The translations under genes were made by a program, and so were the position numbers. The notes under the pieces were generated by a model, which saw nothing but the letters and a program-made list of their open reading frames with translations, ran no database searches and was not told the origin of the DNA. A stretch of DNA of 56,320 nucleotides from Betaproteobacteria bacterium. GTDB lineage: Bacteria; Pseudomonadota; Gammaproteobacteria; Burkholderiales; SG8-41. This document shows, piece by piece, positions 52,345 through 56,320 of the stretch; positions within the stretch are counted from its first letter, which is position 1; each line of letters begins with the position of its first letter. Location: NCBI GenBank assembly GCA_947467315.1, contig CANIID010000002.1:1-56320 (forward strand), given 5' to 3'.

Positions 52345-53460
52345 ATGCCGGATTTTGACGCAATCGTTGTAGGCGGTGGCTTGGTCGGCGCAGCCGTCGC
52401 CTACGGCCTCGCGCGACGCGGTAAAAAAGCCGTAGTGCTGGACGAGGGGGACATCGCGCATCGCGCCTCGCGCGGCAACTTCGGCCTGGTGTGGGTGCAG
52501 AGCAAAGGCTTCGGCGTGCCGGAATACCAGCGCTGGACGCGACGCTCGTCCGAGGACTGGGTTGCGTTTTCCGCTGAGTTGCAACAAGAAACCGGCATTT
52601 ATAGCGGCCACGAACGACCCGGCGGTGTCACGATCTGTCTGACCGAAGCAGAATTCGCCAAGCGCAGCGAGCGCATGGCACAACTGCATCTCGAAGCCGG
52701 CAACACGGGGTTCGACTACGAGATGCTGGATCACGCGGCGCTGAAGAAACGCATTCTCGCCATCGGGCCAACGGTAACCGGCGCATCGTTCACGCCCTAC
52801 GACGGCCACGCCAATCCGCTGACGACCTTGCGCGCGCTGCATGCGGCGCTGCTTAAGCGCGGAAGCGTCTATGTACCCCATGCCAGGGTCGAACACATCA
52901 ACGCCGCGCCCAACCAATTCAGCATCACCCGCAATGGCGTCACCTATGCCGCGCCTCGTCTGGTGCTCGGCGCGGGCCTCGGCAACAATCCTCTCGGCAA
53001 GCTGGTCGGGCTTAACGTGCCGGTGCATCCCTCGCGCGGGCAGATCATCGTCACCGAGCGCGTGCAGCCGGTACTGCCCATGCCCACGCTGATGATCCGT
53101 CAGACCGTGGAAGGCACGCTGATGATCGGCGAATCGCGCGAGGACGCCGGCTTCGACGACACCACCTCGCCGGAAATACTGCACACGCTGGCGGATCGCG
53201 CGGTGAAAACCTTCCCTTTCCTGCGCGACACACGCATTGTGCGCACGTGGGCGGCGCTGCGCGTGATGGCGCCGGATGGCTTGCCAATTTATGAACAGTC
53301 GCGCGAGTATCCCGGCGCGTTTGTCTGCACCTGCCACAGCGGTGTCACCTTGGCGGCGGCGCATGCGCTGCACTATGCGGGTTATGTGATCGACGGCGCG
53401 CTGCCGCCCGAACTGGCGCGCTTTTCAACGAGGCGATTCGATGTTCAAGCTGCTGCCTGA
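52345..53460 (+). CDS. FAD-dependent oxidoreductase (DAO family; opine oxidase subunit B / HcnC-like)
   Basis: Trimmed to the ATG at 52345. MPDFDAIVVGGGLVGAAVAYGLARRGKKAVVLDE dinucleotide fold, 371 aa. Confidence 0.85.
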   Translation: MPDFDAIVVGGGLVGAAVAYGLARRGKKAVVLDEGDIAHRASRGNFGLVWVQSKGFGVPEYQRWTRRSSEDWVAFSAELQQETGIYSGHERPGGVTICLTEAEFAKRSERMAQLHLEAGNTGFDYEMLDHAALKKRILAIGPTVTGASFTPYDGHANPLTTLRALHAALLKRGSVYVPHARVEHINAAPNQFSITRNGVTYAAPRLVLGAGLGNNPLGKLVGLNVPVHPSRGQIIVTERVQPVLPMPTLMIRQTVEGTLMIGESREDAGFDDTTSPEILHTLADRAVKTFPFLRDTRIVRTWAALRVMAPDGLPIYEQSREYPGAFVCTCHSGVTLAAAHALHYAGYVIDGALPPELARFSTRRFDVQAAA

Positions 53461-53737
53461 TAACGCTGCGACTACGGTCACGGTCATGGTTAACGGCAAA
53501 ACCGTAAGCGTGCCGCAGGGTTTTACCGCCGCGGCGGCGATGCTGCTGCAGGGCAACGGCGCCACGCGCACGAGCGCCTTGAGCGGTGAAGGCCGCGCGC
53601 CGTACTGCATGATGGGCGTGTGCTTCGAATGCCTGATGGACATCAACGGTGAGCCGAATCAACAAGGTTGCCTGGTCACCGTGACCGAGGGCATGCGTAT
53701 CAACGCGCAGCACGGCAAACGCATGGTGGCCGAATGA
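53441..53737 (+). CDS. (2Fe-2S)-binding small subunit (HcnA / opine-oxidase-associated type)
   Basis: 98 aa. VNGKTVSVPQG...APYCMMGVCFECLMDINGEPNQQGC Cys cluster. Overlaps the upstream gene by 20 nt and the downstream gene by ATGA. Confidence 0.75.
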   Translation: MFKLLPDNAATTVTVMVNGKTVSVPQGFTAAAAMLLQGNGATRTSALSGEGRAPYCMMGVCFECLMDINGEPNQQGCLVTVTEGMRINAQHGKRMVAE

Positions 53738-55155
53738 GCCCGCCATTTGATCTAGCCATCGTCGGTGCCGGCCCCGCCGGCATGGCCGCTGCGATGACCG
53801 CCGCCGAGTTGGGGCTGAGCGTCGCGGTGCTCGATGAGCAACCCGAACCGGGCGGGCAAATTTATCGCGGCGTGGAACGACTCGCCGCCACGCGCCCGAA
53901 TCACCTCGCGTGGCTGGGGCCTGACTACGCCGCCGGGCTGGAATTGGCACGCTCGTTCCGCAAGGCCAAGGTTGAATACCTGGACGGCGCGAAAGTCTGG
54001 CAAATCGAAGGCACATCTGCAGGCCGCCTCTTTTACAAACGCCATAGCGCGGCAGGCATACTCACCGCCCAAAAATTCCTTATCGCGCCCGGCGCGATGG
54101 AACGACCCATGCCGGTGCCGGGCTGGACATTGCCAGGCGTGATGACCTGCGGCGCGGCGCAAACGGTGCTGAAGGCGCACGGTCTGGTACCGCAAGGACG
54201 CTTCGTGCTCGCGGGCTGCGGGCCGCTGCTGTTGCTGCTGGCGACGCAACTGGTACGCGCCGGGATCAAACCCGCCGCGATACTCGAAACCGAAATCAAC
54301 CGCTGGACCGCGCTGCCGCGACTGCCCGGCTTTTTGGCCGCGCCCGGTTATCTCGGCAAAGGGCTGGGCCTGCTGCGCGAACTCAAGGCTGCGAGCATCG
54401 CGGTTCACAAGGGGGTGACGCACCTCGCGATCAAGGGCGACACACAGGCACGCGAAATCGAATACACCTGCGGCGGAGCCACGCGCACCGAGCCGGTGGA
54501 TCTGGTGTTGCTGCATCAGGGCGTCGTGCCCAACGGCAATCTCGCGTGGTCGATGCGCCTCGCGCATGAATGGGATGACGCGCAACGCAGCTATCGCCCG
54601 GTACTGGATGCGTGGGGACGCAGCTCAAATCCGGCGGTGCTGGTGGCCGGTGACGCGGGCGGCATCATTGGCGCCAAGGGCGCGGAAGCCATGGGGCGCG
54701 TAGCGGCCTTCGCTGCGGCAACCGATGCCGGCAAGATCAGTGCAGGGGACGCCGGCGAACGCGCCAACGCCGCACGCGCCGAGTTCGCCAAACATCGCGG
54801 CGCGCGGCCCTTTCTGGATGCGCTGTATCGGCCGCAACAACAGTGGGTCGCCCCGCCCGATGCCGACACGATGGTGTGCCGGTGCGAGGAAGTGCGCGCC
54901 GGTGAAATCCGCCGCCTCGTCACGGATCAACTCTGCCCCGGCCCCAACCAGATGAAATCGTTCGTACGCTGCGGCATGGGGCCGTGTCAGGGGCGCTTGT
55001 GCGGGCTTACCACAGTGGAGATCATCGCCGAGTGCCGCGGCTTGCCGGTCAAGGACATCGGCTACTATCGAATTCGCTCACCCATCAAACCCATTACCGT
55101 CGGCGATCTGGCCACGCTGGATGTGCCCCGGCGCGACGACGCTGTTGGTTTATAA
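53734..55155 (+). CDS. NAD(P)/FAD-dependent oxidoreductase (opine oxidase subunit A / HcnB-like)
   Basis: Track ORF 53668-55155 trimmed to the ATG at 53734. MSPPFDLAIVGAGPAGMAAAMTAAELGLSVAVLDE, a second nucleotide fold VLAGCGPLLLLLA, and a C-terminal Cys cluster CRCEEV...CGMGPCQGRLC. Confidence 0.85.
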   Translation: MSPPFDLAIVGAGPAGMAAAMTAAELGLSVAVLDEQPEPGGQIYRGVERLAATRPNHLAWLGPDYAAGLELARSFRKAKVEYLDGAKVWQIEGTSAGRLFYKRHSAAGILTAQKFLIAPGAMERPMPVPGWTLPGVMTCGAAQTVLKAHGLVPQGRFVLAGCGPLLLLLATQLVRAGIKPAAILETEINRWTALPRLPGFLAAPGYLGKGLGLLRELKAASIAVHKGVTHLAIKGDTQAREIEYTCGGATRTEPVDLVLLHQGVVPNGNLAWSMRLAHEWDDAQRSYRPVLDAWGRSSNPAVLVAGDAGGIIGAKGAEAMGRVAAFAAATDAGKISAGDAGERANAARAEFAKHRGARPFLDALYRPQQQWVAPPDADTMVCRCEEVRAGEIRRLVTDQLCPGPNQMKSFVRCGMGPCQGRLCGLTTVEIIAECRGLPVKDIGYYRIRSPIKPITVGDLATLDVPRRDDAVGL

Positions 55156-55229
55156 AACAGGCACGCAGTGTATTCCGTGCGAATCAACGAACATCCCAAA
55201 CTATTAACGACGCCCCCAAAAAACCAACC

Positions 55230-55310
55230 CGTCGTTCCCGCGCAGGCGGGAACCCATAACACAGTGCCACGTGAGACACCGCACGGGTTCCGACCTGCGC
55301 TGTAACGACG
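55230..55310. repeat. REP-like imperfect inverted repeat
   Basis: cgtcgttcccgcgcaggcgggaaccc (55230-55255) pairs with gggttccgacctgcgctgtaacgacg (55285-55310), about 22/26 matches. The left arm contains the hairpin GTTCCCGCgcagGCGGGAAC. Confidence 0.55.
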
Positions 55311-55358
55311 GCGAGGGGTTTCAACCACTCTTGGATGAAGCATAAATAAGGAAACACC

Positions 55359-56320
55359 ATGACCACCTACCGCCCCACCATCACCGGCCAGAAACATATG
55401 ATCTCGGCCGGTCACTACTCCGCCACGCACGCCGGGTTTCAAATCCTCGAAGCCGGTGGCAACGCCATAGACGCTGGCGTCGCGGCAGGCATGGCGCTGG
55501 GCATACTGCAAACCGACCGCGTGAACTTCGCCGGCGTCGCACCGATCATGATTTACCTCGCCGATAAACGCGAGATCATCAACATCGACGGCCTCGGCAC
55601 CTGGCCCAAGGCCGCGTCACTCGATTACTTCATCCAAAAACACGGCGGCAAAATGCCGCCGGGCATCCTGCGTACGGTGATGCCCGCAGCACCTGCGTCG
55701 TGGATCATGGCGCTGCAACGCTACGGCACGATGAGTTTCGGCGAAGTGGCACGCGAAGCCACGCGGCTCGCACGTGAAGGCTTTGCGATGCATGGATTCA
55801 TGCAGGAATACATCGCCGATCACGTCGAGAGTTATCGGCGCTGGCCGTCGAGCGCTGAAGTATTTTTACCCAAGGGCCGTCCGCCGAACGTCGGCGCGCG
55901 TTTTGTGCAAACCGAACTGGCGGCATCGCTGCAATACATGGCCGACGAAGAAGCCGCGCACAAAGGTAAAGGCCGCGCGGCGGGCTTGCAGGCCGCGCGC
56001 GATGCCTTTTACAAAGGTGACATCGCGCAAAAAATCGCGAAATATCACAATGATAACGGCGGCTGGGTGACGGCGGATGATCTCGCTGCGTATGAAGTCA
56101 GTTTTGAAAAACCCGTGAGCACGAATTTTCACGGCGTCGATGTCTATGCCTGCGGCCCGTGGACGCAAGGGCCGGTGCTGCCGCAAACACTGAATCTATT
56201 GAGCGGTTTTGACCTGAAAGCGATGGGCCACAATTCCGCCGCCTATGTGCATACGCTCACCGAGGCCTTGAAGCTTTCATTCGCCGACCGCCACCGTTAC
56301 TACGGCGATCCGAAATTCGT
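55359..56320 (+). CDS. Gamma-glutamyltransferase family protein, N-terminal part (3' end outside window)
   Basis: Not in the ORF track because no stop falls inside the window. ATG at 55359 after SD AAGGAAA, open to the window edge. MTTYRPTITGQKHMISAGHYSATHAGFQILEAGGNAIDAGVAAGMALG... and ...LTEALKLSFADRHRYYGDP are typical of the GGT family. Confidence 0.85.
   Translation, partial: MTTYRPTITGQKHMISAGHYSATHAGFQILEAGGNAIDAGVAAGMALGILQTDRVNFAGVAPIMIYLADKREIINIDGLGTWPKAASLDYFIQKHGGKMPPGILRTVMPAAPASWIMALQRYGTMSFGEVAREATRLAREGFAMHGFMQEYIADHVESYRRWPSSAEVFLPKGRPPNVGARFVQTELAASLQYMADEEAAHKGKGRAAGLQAARDAFYKGDIAQKIAKYHNDNGGWVTADDLAAYEVSFEKPVSTNFHGVDVYACGPWTQGPVLPQTLNLLSGFDLKAMGHNSAAYVHTLTEALKLSFADRHRYYGDPKF

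Noticed and set aside
4323-54585. Many other long antisense or off-frame ORFs in the track: 4323-5084(-), 5711-6478(+), 7143-7721(+), 11121-11861(-), 12946-13956(+), 15492-16241(-), 17500-18258(+), 19302-19802(-), 23634-24491(+), 25439-26029(-), 32599-33588(+), 33879-34832(+), 34937-36142(+), 39016-39666(+), 40095-41018(-), 42233-42919(+), 43402-44196(+), 45101-45805(-), 46713-47444(+), 48255-49145(-), 50395-51069(-), 52315-53373(-), 53345-54016(-), 53752-54585(-).
   Set aside because: Each lies opposite or out of frame to a gene with strong family motifs. They are dominated by Arg, His, Gly, Ala and Pro, and they lack SD sequences. These are classic shadow ORFs of a high-GC genome. I cannot exclude that a short one is expressed, but nothing supports it.
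2505-55310. Treating the palindromic repeats as a CRISPR array, IS elements or MITEs with transposase.
   Set aside because: The repeats are single, dispersed and of different sequence families, with no regular repeat-spacer periodicity. No cas, transposase or integrase ORF is in the window, and I could not identify target-site duplications.
1-56320. tRNA, rRNA, tmRNA or riboswitch genes.
   Set aside because: I saw no cloverleaf-like segment, rRNA-like stretch or familiar riboswitch core in the intergenic regions. This is a by-eye negative and should be confirmed with tRNAscan-SE and Infernal.

Overview
High-GC proteobacterial chromosomal segment, densely coded on both strands: about 57 protein genes, with no rRNA, tRNA, CRISPR array, transposase or integrase that I can recognise. 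All functional calls come from reading motifs in the supplied translations and the DNA by eye. No similarity search, HMM or folding program was run. Many start codons were re-picked by hand from Shine-Dalgarno context and are less certain than the stop coordinates.

The dominant theme is a concentration of Bug/TctC-family periplasmic solute-binding proteins: 15 complete genes plus 1 cut by the left edge. They are interleaved with single cytoplasmic catabolic or redox enzymes. These include an amidohydrolase, a C-N hydrolase, an isopropylmalate/tartrate-dehydrogenase-like enzyme, Gfo/Idh/MocA oxidoreductases, ornithine cyclodeaminase/mu-crystallin, a CMD/AhpD-like protein, a CocE/NonD hydrolase, SDR, cupins, an aldo-keto reductase, a PEP-mutase/isocitrate-lyase-family enzyme, an enolase-superfamily enzyme, an acyl-CoA synthetase with a quinone oxidoreductase, an HcnCAB/opine-oxidase-like three-subunit dehydrogenase, and a gamma-glutamyltransferase at the right edge. 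No TctA/TctB membrane partner and no recognisable transcription factor lies in the 56 kb. Housekeeping genes are tex and an rluA-like gene, and one vapBC toxin-antitoxin pair is present.

The items most worth follow-up are:
1. A co-directional seven-gene envelope cluster (5223-9680). It has a class-II cytochrome c lipoprotein, two paralogous 4-TM proteins and a tandemly duplicated pair of secreted proteins of unknown function. The small secreted protein is predicted to mature to a His-His N-terminus.
2. An in-frame TGA (33448-33450) inside the peptide D-U-G-S-C that joins two track ORFs into one 543-codon reading frame. A SECIS-like hairpin lies just downstream, so this is a candidate UGSC-type selenoprotein fused to a large uncharacterised domain.
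3. A 22-nt AT-rich motif (wwTAAAAACAwwTAsTTAyAww) present 10 times, mostly at Bug gene boundaries and in both orientations.
4. A leaderless orphan TRAP-type binding protein next to a 510-aa orphan with a PilZ-like motif pair.
5. Several unrelated REP-like palindromic elements.
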